From Candidatus Limnocylindrales bacterium (lineage in GTDB: Bacteria > Chloroflexota > Limnocylindria > Limnocylindrales > CSP1-4), in assembly GCA_036003325.1 (NCBI GenBank), contig DASYSM010000036.1, forward strand, positions 1,941-65,940: a DNA stretch of 64,000 bases. The letters are read 5' to 3'. Under the pieces are notes generated by a model. That model searched no databases and had not been told where the DNA came from. It saw nothing but the letters and a program-made list of their open reading frames with translations. Each line of letters starts with the position of its first letter. Positions within the stretch are counted from its first letter, which is position 1. This document shows, piece after piece, positions 1-13,374 of the stretch. Made by a program: the position numbers and the translations under genes.

Positions 1-1078
1 GTGATGTCCGCCGGGGTCGGTGTCCCGAGGAGCGCCAGGGTCAGCTCGAACTCTTCGCGCAGCAGCCGCAGCGCGTGTTCGACGCCCGCCTGGCCGCCGA
101 CGGCGAGCGCCCACAGCATCGGACGACCGACCAGGACGCCGCGCGCGCCGAGGGCGAGTGCGATCGCGACGTCGAGCCCGCGGCGGACCCCGCCATCGAC
201 CCAGACCTCGACCTCGCCCCGGACCTCGGCCACGATCGCCGGGAGGGCATCGATGCCGGCCTGGACGCGATCGAGCTGGCGAGCGCCGTGGTTGCTGACG
301 ACGATGCCGTCGACCCCATGGTCGACCGCGAGCCGCGCGTCCTCGGCGGTGAGGATGCCCTTGAGGACGATGGGCAGCGGCGACCAGCTGCGGATGGCGG
401 CGATGTCGGCCCAGGTCAGGGTCCGCGGCGTCGACGCGTCGTCGAGGGGCTCGTCCTCGGCCGGCACGTCGGACGTCGCTCGGACCGGTCGATGGGTCGG
501 CAGCCGATCGACGAAGTTGCCGAGCGAGGTCATCTCGAAGCCGGACCGACGGTCGCGGTCCCGATAGCCGAGGACCGGCAGGTCGACGGTGAACACGATC
601 GCCTCGTAGCCCGCCGCGGCCGCCCGCTCGACGAGAGCGCGGGATCGGTCAGGCTCGCGTTGGACATACAGCTGGAACCACCGGGTGCCGTCGGGCGCCG
701 CCTCGGCGACGTCCTCGATCGAGCGCGAGGCCATCGTCGAGAGCGTGAATGGCACGCCTGCCGCCGCCGCCGCACGCGCCGTCGCGATCTCCGCCTCGGG
801 GTGCGCCAGGCCGTGGATGGCCATCGGGGCGATGGCCACGGGCATCGACGACGGCGATCCCAGCAGCGTCGTCGACGGGTCGATGCTCGCGACGTCCACC
901 AGCACCCGCGGCCGGAACCGGCGCCGTGGCCAGGCCGCCTCGTTGTCGGCCAGCGTGATCTCGTCCCAGGCGCCTCCGGCGATGTAGTCGTAGGCGGCCG
1001 GTTCGATGGCAGCCCGTGCCAACGGCTCGAAGTCGGCGAGCCGCACGATCCGCGTGAGGTCGACGGCGGGCCCGGTCG

Positions 1079-1082
<4 letters not shown>
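1..1082 (-). CDS. FMN-dependent alpha-hydroxy-acid dehydrogenase/oxidase family protein (L-lactate/glycolate oxidase-like); the C-terminus lies beyond the window edge
   Basis: Absent from the ORF track because it runs off the window. Hand translation of the reverse complement from GTG (1080-1082) gives VTTGPAVDLTRIVRLADFEP..AYDYIAGGAWDE..PVAIAPM..WFQLYV..ILKGIL..GIVVSNHGARQLD..VWVDGGVRRG..GRP. These are hallmark motifs of the FMN alpha-hydroxy-acid oxidase family. The GTG start overlaps the pcrA stop as GTGA. Confidence 0.8.
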
Positions 1083-3760
<2,678 letters not shown>

Positions 3761-3793
3761 CCACCCATTGTAGGTGAGCCGCTCACCCCGCTC

Positions 3794-4585
3794 TTACGAG
3801 GCGGGCTTGATCTGGTCGGCCGGCGGGGCCGTGATCGAGACCGGCTCATCCCACTTGGAGAAGGTCAGATCGATCGTCGCGCTGCCGTTGCTCGGGGTGG
3901 TCACGTCGGCCGTCACGCCTGCGAGATGGTTCGGCAGGTCCTTCTCGACGTGGAGCGTCAGCTTCACCGTCGCCCCCGACAGGTCGATCGGCACGCCCGC
4001 GATGGACCCGGAGGCGTAGGCGGCGACCGTCGACGGGTCGAGGTCCGTGGTCACCGTGTAGCACTGCTTCGAGCCGCACGCGACGTCATCGCCCTTGACC
4101 AGGACCACGCCCTGCTTGAGCAGCAGGTCGCCGAGGTTGTCGATCAGCCCGGGCGCCTGCGACGGGGACGGCACGGAGCCGCTCATGTCCGTCTCCTGAT
4201 ACTGCGGGCCGGTGAGGGTCGTCTTGACATACATCTTGCCGTCGACGGCGATCAGCTCACCGGCGAACCCGAGCATCGCGGGGACCGAGAAGGTCACCTT
4301 CGCGGCGCTCTTGGCCAGGTCCACGTCGGCGGACGCGGTCGTTCCCGTCAGGTCGATCGGCGTGCCGGAGGAGCCCGCGATGGGCAGTGGCACGGTGGCC
4401 GTCCCGCTCGCGGCCAGCTCGAGGTGGACGCTCCTGGCCGACTCGGCCGATGTCAGCGCCGCCGTGACGATGGCGGTCGGGTCCGTGAGGACGGGGGCGT
4501 TGGAGGTCCCGTTGCAGGCCGCCATGACTGTCGCGAAGGCGACGGCGATGACGACGGCCGGGATCGTCGAGGGTCGGCGAATCAT
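3794..4585 (-). CDS. Secreted lipoprotein, LppX/LprAFG (LolA-fold)-like
   Basis: I trimmed the 439-aa track ORF to the ATG at 4585. That gives MIRRPSTIPAVVIAVAFATVMAAC, a signal peptide with a lipobox. The remaining ~240 aa have the beta-rich composition and layout typical of LprG-like lipoproteins. The family assignment comes from pattern memory only. Confidence 0.55.
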   Translation of the reverse strand: MIRRPSTIPAVVIAVAFATVMAACNGTSNAPVLTDPTAIVTAALTSAESARSVHLELAASGTATVPLPIAGSSGTPIDLTGTTASADVDLAKSAAKVTFSVPAMLGFAGELIAVDGKMYVKTTLTGPQYQETDMSGSVPSPSQAPGLIDNLGDLLLKQGVVLVKGDDVACGSKQCYTVTTDLDPSTVAAYASGSIAGVPIDLSGATVKLTLHVEKDLPNHLAGVTADVTTPSNGSATIDLTFSKWDEPVSITAPPADQIKPAS

Positions 4586-4676
4586 GTGGCTAGGGTCGTC
4601 GTGAGAGCGAGGACCTGTCAAACGCCCCGACGGACCACGAGAGGAGAATGCCGTTGCTATCGTCCGGAAGCGGTCG

Positions 4677-4919
4677 TTGAGGCGTCTGGAGGGCGGCCCG
4701 CGGCAGCCTTCCGTCATGGAACTCCTGTCGCTTGCGACGGTCGCGATCATGGTCGGGGCGCTGCTCCTGTGGAGACTCCCCGAGGCGGCCTGCGACCAGT
4801 GCGAGCATTGCCTCTCGGCGCGTCGCGCCAAGGAGCGGGAGCGCGAGGACGAATGGCACCGCAAGGTGCATGCGTGGTCGGGCGGGGAGCACTGCCCGGT
4901 CTGCCGACGGGACGGCTGA
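4677..4919 (+). CDS. Small single-pass membrane protein with a Cys-rich (CxxCxxC...CxxC) cytoplasmic tail; hypothetical
   Basis: 80-aa ORF with high GC3. One TM segment (LLSLATVAIMVGALLLW) is followed by CDQCEHC and HCPVC. Start is TTG at 4677, or alternatively ATG at 4716. No family recognised. Confidence 0.4.
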   Translation: MRRLEGGPRQPSVMELLSLATVAIMVGALLLWRLPEAACDQCEHCLSARRAKEREREDEWHRKVHAWSGGEHCPVCRRDG

Positions 4920-5024
4920 TCCGGGAACGCCCGGCCACGTCCCGGGCGTGGGACCGCCGGCCACGGGTCCGGACGCGATCCTGACGGCTGTTCCCGCCGG
5001 CGCGTCGCGGGTACAGTCCCGGCC

Positions 5025-6074
5025 ATGACCGACTTCGACCTCCGTCCGATGGAGCCCGGCGACGGACCCGCCATCGACGCGCTCATGCGCGAGGACGCAT
5101 CGACGACCGGCATCTCCCTGACGACGCACTTCCAGCACGATATCTACGAGGCCCTGCTCGCTCAGCACCCGACCCTGTTCGGGGTGGTGGCGACCATTCC
5201 CGATGACGACGGGCTGGCGGGCTTCGCGACCGCGTTCACCGACGAGGTCATGATCGGCGGCCGCGCCTGGCCGGCCGCGCAGCTCGAGAACCTGAAGGTC
5301 CGTCTGGACGTGCGACGCCTGGGCCTCGGGGCGCGGCTCGCCGCGTGGCGGATCGACGAGGCGCGCCGTCGGTTCGGTGGCGAAGGCATCATCGCCACCG
5401 GCCTCGAGACGAGCAATGCCGCGTCGCTTGCGACCGCTCGCCGCTGGTGTACGAACATCCTCGGACCCGTCCGCGTCGTCATCGCCGGGACCACCTCGCG
5501 CCGGCCAGGCGCGCGCGGCCTCCGGTTCCGGGCGCTCGAGCAGCGTGACCTCGACACGGTGCTCGCATCCCTCGACACCTTCTACGCAGGCTACGACCTG
5601 TACCCGCGGATGACCACTCAGCGACTCGCAGCGCTGCTCGCGCCGACGCCGCTCGGCGAGCCGATCCGCCAGTACCGTGTCGCCGAGGCGGACGACGGGA
5701 CGCTGGTCGCCGGCGGGATGGTCGGCGAGAGGTTCAAGCTCATGGTCGACGAACTCGGGAACATCCCGCGACGGCTGGAGCTGCTGTCGCGCGTCGTGCC
5801 GCTGCTCCCCCGTGACAGGGTGGTCCGGACGATCGAGGTCAACCTGGCCTGGCACGCGCCGGGTCGCCTCGACGCCGGCCAGGGCCTGTGGGATGCGATC
5901 CGCTACGAATGGCACGACCGCGCGACCCACGTCTCCGGCCAGGCGGACCCGCGCGGGACGCTGGTCGAGATGTTCCGCATCGGCCGGACGATGATCCCGC
6001 AGATCGAGATCGTCATCCCGGTCAACAGCCCGGTCGCGCTCGACGAGCGTCGCCCGGTGTACGTCTGGCGCTGA
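5025..6074 (+). CDS. GNAT-family N-acetyltransferase-like protein (two-domain, ~349 aa)
   Basis: The N-terminal ~150 aa show the acetyl-CoA binding pattern (LENLKVRLDVRRLGLGARLAAWRIDEA). The ORF has high GC3 and sits directly upstream of the enolase-superfamily gene. Confidence 0.65.
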   Translation: MTDFDLRPMEPGDGPAIDALMREDASTTGISLTTHFQHDIYEALLAQHPTLFGVVATIPDDDGLAGFATAFTDEVMIGGRAWPAAQLENLKVRLDVRRLGLGARLAAWRIDEARRRFGGEGIIATGLETSNAASLATARRWCTNILGPVRVVIAGTTSRRPGARGLRFRALEQRDLDTVLASLDTFYAGYDLYPRMTTQRLAALLAPTPLGEPIRQYRVAEADDGTLVAGGMVGERFKLMVDELGNIPRRLELLSRVVPLLPRDRVVRTIEVNLAWHAPGRLDAGQGLWDAIRYEWHDRATHVSGQADPRGTLVEMFRIGRTMIPQIEIVIPVNSPVALDERRPVYVWR

Positions 6075-6091
6075 GCCGAGGAGGGCAGCCG

Positions 6092-7213
6092 ATGGCCGTT
6101 CGCGCGACCGTCATCGACCGGGTCGAGGTGTACGGCTACGACCTCACCTACGCGCACGGCGACTACGTGATGTCGTCGGGCCGGGTCGTCAACGTCCTGC
6201 CGAGCACGGTCGTCCGCGTCTCGACCCGCGGCGGCGTCGAGGGCTTCGGGGAAAGCTGTCCGCTCGGACGGACATACCTGCCCGCGTTCGGCGAGGGTGC
6301 CCGGGCGGCTCTGCACGAGCTCGCGCCGGCGCTCATCGGCGTGGACGCGGCGAACCTGGCCGCGGTCGGCAGGGCCATGGACGCGACCCTGCGAGGCCAC
6401 GAATACGCAAAGAGCGCCGTCGACGTGGCGTGCTGGGACATCCTCGGCAAGATCGCCGGCCTGCCGGTCGCCACTCTCCTCGGCGGCGCGCTGCAGGCGG
6501 AGCTGCCGCTGTATGTCGCGATCCCGCTCGGTCCGCCCGACGAGATGGCCGCCTTCGTCGAGCGCGAGCGGGCCGGCGGGATCCACCACTTCCAGCTCAA
6601 GCTCGGCGACCGGCCCGAGCGCGACGTGGACCGTGTGTCGGCCGTCCACGCCGTGACCGGCCCCGAGGACGCCATCATCGGCGACGCCAACGGCGGCTGG
6701 CGTCGCCAGGACGCCATCATCGCCGCGCGCCTCCTCGCCGGGTTCGACCGGTTGAGGCTCGAACAACCCTGTCCGACGCTCGAGGAATGCCTGGCGGTCC
6801 GCCGCCTGAGCACGCTCCCGTTCGTCCTCGACGAGATCATCACCGACCTGCCGACCCTGGCCCGCGCGGTCGCCCTCGACGCCATGGATCACGTCAACCT
6901 CAAGATCGGCCGCGTCGGGGGACTGACGAAAGCGCGACTGATGCGCGACGCCGCGATCGAGCTCGGGCTGACCCTCACCATCGAGGATTCGTGGGGCGGC
7001 GACCTGGTCACGGCTGCTGTCAGCCACCTTGCCGCCGGCGTTCCGACGGCGCAGCTGTTCGCGGCCTCGTACATGAACGACTGGACGGTCGAGCACGTCG
7101 CCGGCTACCAGCCACGCTCTCGCGCTGGCCGGGGACCCGTCCCGGACCGCCCGGGGCTGGGTGTGGACGTCGACCTCCATCGCCTCGGCGCACCTCTGTT
7201 CACCGCCGGCTGA
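6092..7213 (+). CDS. Mandelate racemase/muconate-lactonizing enzyme (enolase superfamily, MLE subgroup) protein
   Basis: Trimmed to the ATG at 6092, preceded by GAGGAG (6078-6083). It has the KxK motif (FQLKLG), metal ligands in IGDANGGW, LEQP and VLDE, and a second base in NLKIGRVGG. Confidence 0.85.
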   Translation: MAVRATVIDRVEVYGYDLTYAHGDYVMSSGRVVNVLPSTVVRVSTRGGVEGFGESCPLGRTYLPAFGEGARAALHELAPALIGVDAANLAAVGRAMDATLRGHEYAKSAVDVACWDILGKIAGLPVATLLGGALQAELPLYVAIPLGPPDEMAAFVERERAGGIHHFQLKLGDRPERDVDRVSAVHAVTGPEDAIIGDANGGWRRQDAIIAARLLAGFDRLRLEQPCPTLEECLAVRRLSTLPFVLDEIITDLPTLARAVALDAMDHVNLKIGRVGGLTKARLMRDAAIELGLTLTIEDSWGGDLVTAAVSHLAAGVPTAQLFAASYMNDWTVEHVAGYQPRSRAGRGPVPDRPGLGVDVDLHRLGAPLFTAG

Positions 7214-7285
7214 CGCCTCGCGGGAGCGACAGACGCCGCCATTCCCGGGGCTCACCACCTGGGAGTCGCGAGACCGGCCCGACAT

Positions 7286-7320
7286 CCGAATCGAAAGACC
7301 CCCGGCGTGGCCGGGGGTCT
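7286..7320 (-). terminator. Intrinsic terminator downstream of groEL
   Basis: 11-bp GC stem AGACCCCCGGC-gtg-GCCGGGGGTCT (7296-7320). On the minus strand it is followed by TTTCGATTCGG. It lies between the convergent enolase-family gene and groEL. Confidence 0.6.
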
Positions 7321-7347
7321 CGTGATCGCTGGGGAGCGAGGTTCGGA

Positions 7348-9036
<1,689 letters not shown>

Positions 9037-9351
9037 TCAGTCCGTGACGATCGCGAGGATGTCCTTCTGGCTGACGATGAGCAGCTCGTCGCCGTCCACC
9101 TTGAACTCGGTCCCGGCGTACTTGGCGTACAGGACCTTGTCGCCGGTCTTGACGTCCATGGCCTCGCGCTTGCCGTCGTCGAGGATCTTCCCGGGACCGG
9201 CGGCGACGATCGTGCCTTCCTGGGGCTTCTCCTTGGCCGTGTCGGGCAGGACGATGCCGCTCTTGGTCATCTCCTCGCGGGCGCTCGGCTTGATGACGAC
9301 GCGATCGCCCAGCGGGCGGAGCTTCGTCGTGGTGGCAGTGGCTTTGGCCAA
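9037..9351 (-). CDS. groS: Co-chaperonin GroES (Cpn10)
   Basis: The track ORF starts too early. TTG at 9351 is preceded by AGGAGG with a 9-nt spacer. The product (M)[44 protein letters not shown] is about 104 aa, a typical GroES. Confidence 0.92.
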   Translation of the reverse strand: MAKATATTTKLRPLGDRVVIKPSAREEMTKSGIVLPDTAKEKPQEGTIVAAGPGKILDDGKREAMDVKTGDKVLYAKYAGTEFKVDGDELLIVSQKDILAIVTD

Positions 9352-9532
9352 CGTGCATACCTCCTGTGACGGCCAGGGCCGGCCGCGGGGCGTGGACTCG
9401 TGAGACATCGGGCGGCCGGGTGCGGCCGCGTGGGCGATGTCCCCCGGAACCTCTGTCGAGGCATCGCGTCGAACCCCGTCCGACCCTCCAGCCGATCACC
9501 CAGGCCCGTTCGGACTCGGCGGTTCGCGATGC

Positions 9533-9559
9533 TTGGCACTCTCACTGCGAGAGTGCCAA
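9533..9559 (-). promoter_or_regulatory. CIRCE operator (HrcA binding site)
   Basis: Perfect inverted repeat TTGGCACTC-N9-GAGTGCCAA. The canonical form is TTAGCACTC-N9-GAGTGCTAA. It lies upstream of groES, immediately downstream of the candidate -10. Confidence 0.85.
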
Positions 9560-9563
9560 GTGG

Positions 9564-9593
9564 AGACTAACGAACCGGGGACCGGGCTGTCAA
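9564..9593 (-). promoter_or_regulatory. Candidate sigma70-type promoter of groES-groEL
   Basis: The minus strand reads TTGACA (9588-9593), an 18-nt spacer, then TAGTCT (9564-9569), directly abutting CIRCE. Confidence 0.55.
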
Positions 9594-9606
9594 CCCGGGC
9601 CGTCGC

Positions 9607-10248
9607 TCACCCGTGATCGATGGTCAGGGTGATCGTGTTCTCGTCACGTCCGAGAACGACGCAGCCCCCCTTGTCGTAGCCGATGTACCAGCCGATGGTG
9701 CCCTCGGACGCATCGAACTGCGCGGCCTTGCGCAGGGCCGGCAGGTTCGGCGTGAGCTCGGTCGGGCCCGTGAACATCTCCTCGCCGGCGTCGTTCTGGA
9801 GCGACATGCCGGTGAACACGAGCTGGACGACGCTGTCACCGGTCATCTCGATCGGGGCGCCACTGCCTGCCTGCGTATAGGGCGGCCGGGCGATCGAGAG
9901 CGAGCCCTTCGGCGGACTCGCCGGACCTGGCAGCGAGCTGTCCCCGAACACGAAATCGAGGCGGTCCGACGTCGCACCCGGAGTGACGGTGACGGTGGTG
10001 AGACGGTCCGACGGGAGATCGGTCTCCGACGTCGTGGTGCACGTGGCGGCGCTCGACGGCGACGCCGCGGCCGTCGACGCGCTGGGGCCGGTCGTCGGCG
10101 CCGTGCTCGCCAGGGTCGGTGCCGCCGATGGCGTCGCGGCCACGGATGGGACTGTGCTCGCGGCGCTCCCGGTGCAGGCGACGACGGCGAACGCAAGCGC
10201 GAGGGAGGCAGTGATCACGGCTGGAAGGCGGCGGGTCGCGTGGGTCAT
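9607..10248 (-). CDS. Hypothetical lipoprotein with a Ser/Thr/Ala/Pro-rich linker
   Basis: Trimmed to the ATG at 10248 (MTHATRRLPAVITASLALAFAVVAC, lipobox). GGAGGA lies upstream. The ATGA overlaps the tatD stop. The C-terminal ~130-aa domain is unassigned. Confidence 0.6.
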   Translation of the reverse strand: MTHATRRLPAVITASLALAFAVVACTGSAASTVPSVAATPSAAPTLASTAPTTGPSASTAAASPSSAATCTTTSETDLPSDRLTTVTVTPGATSDRLDFVFGDSSLPGPASPPKGSLSIARPPYTQAGSGAPIEMTGDSVVQLVFTGMSLQNDAGEEMFTGPTELTPNLPALRKAAQFDASEGTIGWYIGYDKGGCVVLGRDENTITLTIDHG

Positions 10249-11075
10249 GAGGTCCTCCGGGGACTCGGGAACGTTCGATCGTAGGCGGCGACGAGGTGAG
10301 GCCCCATCGCATCGATGGTCGTCCGACGCTGGTCGGCGGCCCATTCCCCTGTGACGCGTACCCATTCGGGTTGGTTGCGCGAGCGTGGTGCACCGGGTGG
10401 CGCCAGGAACGGGGAATCGGTCTCGATCAGGAGCCGCTCGGCGGGGACCAGGGCGACCGCCTCGGCCGAGGCCTCCTCGCCGCGACGGAACACCAGCCCC
10501 GAGAAGCTGACGGCGAGGCCGAGGTCGATGATCGTCCGCGCGTAGTCGACCGGGCCGGAGAAGGAGTGGATGACCGCCGGCGGCCGATCCGCGAACGCGA
10601 CCGCCCAGTCGGGGCCGCCGACGCCCGCCGTCCGCAGCTCCCCCACCAGGGCGTCCTGGGCATCGCGTCGCCCGTCGGCCGAGCGACAGTGGAGGATGGC
10701 CGGCTTGCCGGTCTCGAGCGCGAGCCGGAGATTGCGCCGCAGGTTCGCGAGCTGGTCGTCGATCGGGCTGAACACGCGGTCATAGTCGAGCCCCGTCTCG
10801 CCGATGGCAACGACCCGTGGGTCCTGGGCCCACCCGACGATCCTCCGGAAGCCGCCGTCATCGACCTTCGCGGCGTCGTGCGGGTGGATGCCGACCGCGG
10901 CGTCGAGCCAGCCGAAGCGGTCGACGCAGGCGAGGGCGCGCTCGGACGAGGCGACGTTCCAGCCGGGCACGAGGACCCGCTCGACACCGGCCAGCCGCGC
11001 CGCGCCGAGCACCTGGTCCGCGTCCGCCTCGAAGCGGTCGGCGTTGAGATGGCAGTGGCTGTCGATCAGGCGCAT
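10245..11075 (-). CDS. tatD: TatD-family metal-dependent hydrolase/DNase
   Basis: 276 aa, beginning MRLIDSHCHLN, with conserved His and Asp positions (GIHPH, ETGLDY, HSF, ETDSPF). Confidence 0.85.
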   Translation of the reverse strand: MRLIDSHCHLNADRFEADADQVLGAARLAGVERVLVPGWNVASSERALACVDRFGWLDAAVGIHPHDAAKVDDGGFRRIVGWAQDPRVVAIGETGLDYDRVFSPIDDQLANLRRNLRLALETGKPAILHCRSADGRRDAQDALVGELRTAGVGGPDWAVAFADRPPAVIHSFSGPVDYARTIIDLGLAVSFSGLVFRRGEEASAEAVALVPAERLLIETDSPFLAPPGAPRSRNQPEWVRVTGEWAADQRRTTIDAMGPHLVAAYDRTFPSPRRTS

Positions 11076-11124
11076 CGGTCCATCCGGCGATCGTCGGCGC
11101 GACCGGCGCGGCCGAGGGATGCGG

Positions 11125-12780
11125 TCAGGATGCGGCCGTCTCGGCCTGTTCGACGTCGAGCCGCGGGAAGAGCGGTTCGGGAGCCGTCAGCCGTCCCGGC
11201 TCCGCGGCATGGGCCGCCCACTCGAGCTCGGCGAGGAGCGGCGGGCCGCCAGTGCCGTCATCGGCATAGTCGTAGGCATATCCGAGCTGCGCGAGCAGTC
11301 GAGGCGCCGTCGCGGGCAGGAACGGGGCGGCCGCCAGACCGACCAGCCGGCAGCCCTCGACCAGGTCGCCGAGGACGCCACGCAGCCGCTCCCCCGCCTC
11401 TTGGTCACCGGCCTTCCAGGCCTTGGCCAGGACCCATGGCTGTTCGGCGTCGACCACCTTGTTGGCGCCGCCGATGTACGCCCACAGCTCGGCCAGCGCG
11501 TCGTGCAGCCGGTTCGCCTCGAACGCCTCGCGATACACCCGCAGCGCCTCGCCCCAGGCGTCACCGAGCGCCGACTCCCCCGCCGGGCGCGGTGCCGGGC
11601 GCTCGCCATCGAGGTAGCGCTGGGTCATCGACACCGTCCGGTTGACGAGGTTGCCGAAGTCGTTGGCGAGGTCGGCGTTGTAGCGCCGGACGAACGAGTC
11701 CCAGCTCACCTCCGCGTCCCGATCGAATGGCACCTCGCGCAACGCCACGTAGCGCGCGCCGTCCGAGCCGAACGCCGCCACGAAGTCGTTCGGATCGAGG
11801 AAGTTGCCGCGGCTCTTGCTCATCCGCTCGCCGCCGGCCGCCAGCAGCCAGCCGTGGACCCACACGTGACGCGGCGCCTCGAGCCCGGCGCTCCACAGCA
11901 TGGCCGGCCAGGCGATGGTGTGGAAGCGGGCGATGTCCTTGCCGATGACGTGCAGGTCCGCCGGCCACCAGTAGGCGAAGCCGGCCGGATCGTCGGGGAA
12001 ACCGGCACCGGTGATGTAGTTGATCAAGGCGTCGAACCAGACGTAGATCTTGCCGGCGGCCAGGTCCCACGACCCGTCAGGCAGCAGCGACGTCGTCCCA
12101 TCCTCGCGGACCGGGAACGGGATCCCCCAGTCGCCGGGCGTGCGCTCGCGGCTGATCGAGAAGTCCTCGAGCCCGCCGCGGATGAAGCCGAGCATCTCGT
12201 TGCGCCGGAAGTCGGGCTGGACGAAGTCCGGGTGATCGGCGAAATAGCGCTCCAGACGTTCCTGATAGGCCGACAGCCGGAAGAACCAGTTGCGCTCGGT
12301 GAGCCACTGGAGCGGGACACCGGGATGGTTCGGGCAGATCGTCCCGCGGTCGGTCTCGATGACGTCGCCGGCGGCGCGAAACCCCTCGTTCGGGCAGTAC
12401 CAGCCCTCGTATGTGCCGGGATAGATGTCGCCATTGGCGTGCGCCCGGCGGACCATCTCCTGTGCCGCCCGGATGTGGTCCGGATCGGTCGTCCGGATGA
12501 ACCGGTCGGGCGCGATCGCCAGGGCCGCCTCGGCCTCCTTGAACAGGGCGACCTTTTCGTCGACGAACTCGCGCGTCGGCCGGCCCTCGTCGACGGCCGC
12601 CTGGGCGATGTTGATGGAGTGCTCATCGGTGCCGGTCAGGAAGCGGGTGTCGTGGCCGACCATCCGGTGCCAGCGCGCGATCGCGTCGGCCGCGATCACC
12701 TCGTACAGGGTGTGCAGACCGGGCTTGTTGTTCGCATACGCGATCGAGGTGGTCAGGTAGAAGCGCGGGCGGTCGGCCAT
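11125..12780 (-). CDS. metG: Methionine--tRNA ligase (short form without the C-terminal tRNA-binding domain)
   Basis: 551 aa with a HIGH-like region (YANNKPGLHTLY), KMSKS (RMSKSRGN) and a CPN..CPNH zinc knuckle. Confidence 0.93.
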   Translation of the reverse strand: MADRPRFYLTTSIAYANNKPGLHTLYEVIAADAIARWHRMVGHDTRFLTGTDEHSINIAQAAVDEGRPTREFVDEKVALFKEAEAALAIAPDRFIRTTDPDHIRAAQEMVRRAHANGDIYPGTYEGWYCPNEGFRAAGDVIETDRGTICPNHPGVPLQWLTERNWFFRLSAYQERLERYFADHPDFVQPDFRRNEMLGFIRGGLEDFSISRERTPGDWGIPFPVREDGTTSLLPDGSWDLAAGKIYVWFDALINYITGAGFPDDPAGFAYWWPADLHVIGKDIARFHTIAWPAMLWSAGLEAPRHVWVHGWLLAAGGERMSKSRGNFLDPNDFVAAFGSDGARYVALREVPFDRDAEVSWDSFVRRYNADLANDFGNLVNRTVSMTQRYLDGERPAPRPAGESALGDAWGEALRVYREAFEANRLHDALAELWAYIGGANKVVDAEQPWVLAKAWKAGDQEAGERLRGVLGDLVEGCRLVGLAAAPFLPATAPRLLAQLGYAYDYADDGTGGPPLLAELEWAAHAAEPGRLTAPEPLFPRLDVEQAETAAS

Positions 12781-12858
12781 GGGACGCCGATGGTAGCAGC
12801 GCCACCGGCTTCCGAGCGGTGCGCCGTCGCTCGGCCGCGCCGGCCGGCCGTCAAGCGG

Positions 12859-13338
12859 TCAGCGCATCGAGTCGTCGATGGCCTTCTCGATCTCGTCGTC
12901 GAGCGAGGTCTGCTTGACCCGGCCATGGAACTGTCCCAGTGCGCCGACCAGCAGGCCGGTGTCGGTCGTCGGCTTGAGCTGAAGGAAGAGAGCCGAGCCG
13001 CCGGCCGGGAGGTCACCGGAGACCTCCTTCACGAAGTCCCCGTCGATCCCGCCCTTCCAGGCACGCCCGATCAGCCCGCCGACCGCTGCTCCTCCGACGA
13101 TGCCCGCCACCGGGAAGACGGCCAGGACGAGCCCTCCGAGGACCGCCCCGACGACCGCGCCCGTCTCGGTCCCGCTGGACATCTCGTTGTGCACGGTCAC
13201 CGTGCCGTCGGCGCCCTTGCGGACGACCGCGGTATCCTCGAGCCCGACCTTGTCGGCGTGCTCGAGACCGCGGATCGAGCGAAGCGCCGCCTCCGCGTCA
13301 TCGGCCCCGTCGAACGTGACCGCCAGGAAATCCGACAT
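12859..13338 (-). CDS. DUF1269-family membrane protein (glycine-zipper)
   Basis: 159 aa. An N-terminal soluble domain is followed by a Gly-rich TM region (GAVVGAVLGGLVLAVFPVAGIVGGAAVGGLIG) and a C-terminal domain, the layout typical of DUF1269. Confidence 0.7.
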   Translation of the reverse strand: MSDFLAVTFDGADDAEAALRSIRGLEHADKVGLEDTAVVRKGADGTVTVHNEMSSGTETGAVVGAVLGGLVLAVFPVAGIVGGAAVGGLIGRAWKGGIDGDFVKEVSGDLPAGGSALFLQLKPTTDTGLLVGALGQFHGRVKQTSLDDEIEKAIDDSMR

Positions 13339-13374
13339 CGTGACCTCCTCCCCGTCGTGGTGTCTGTCGTGGAT

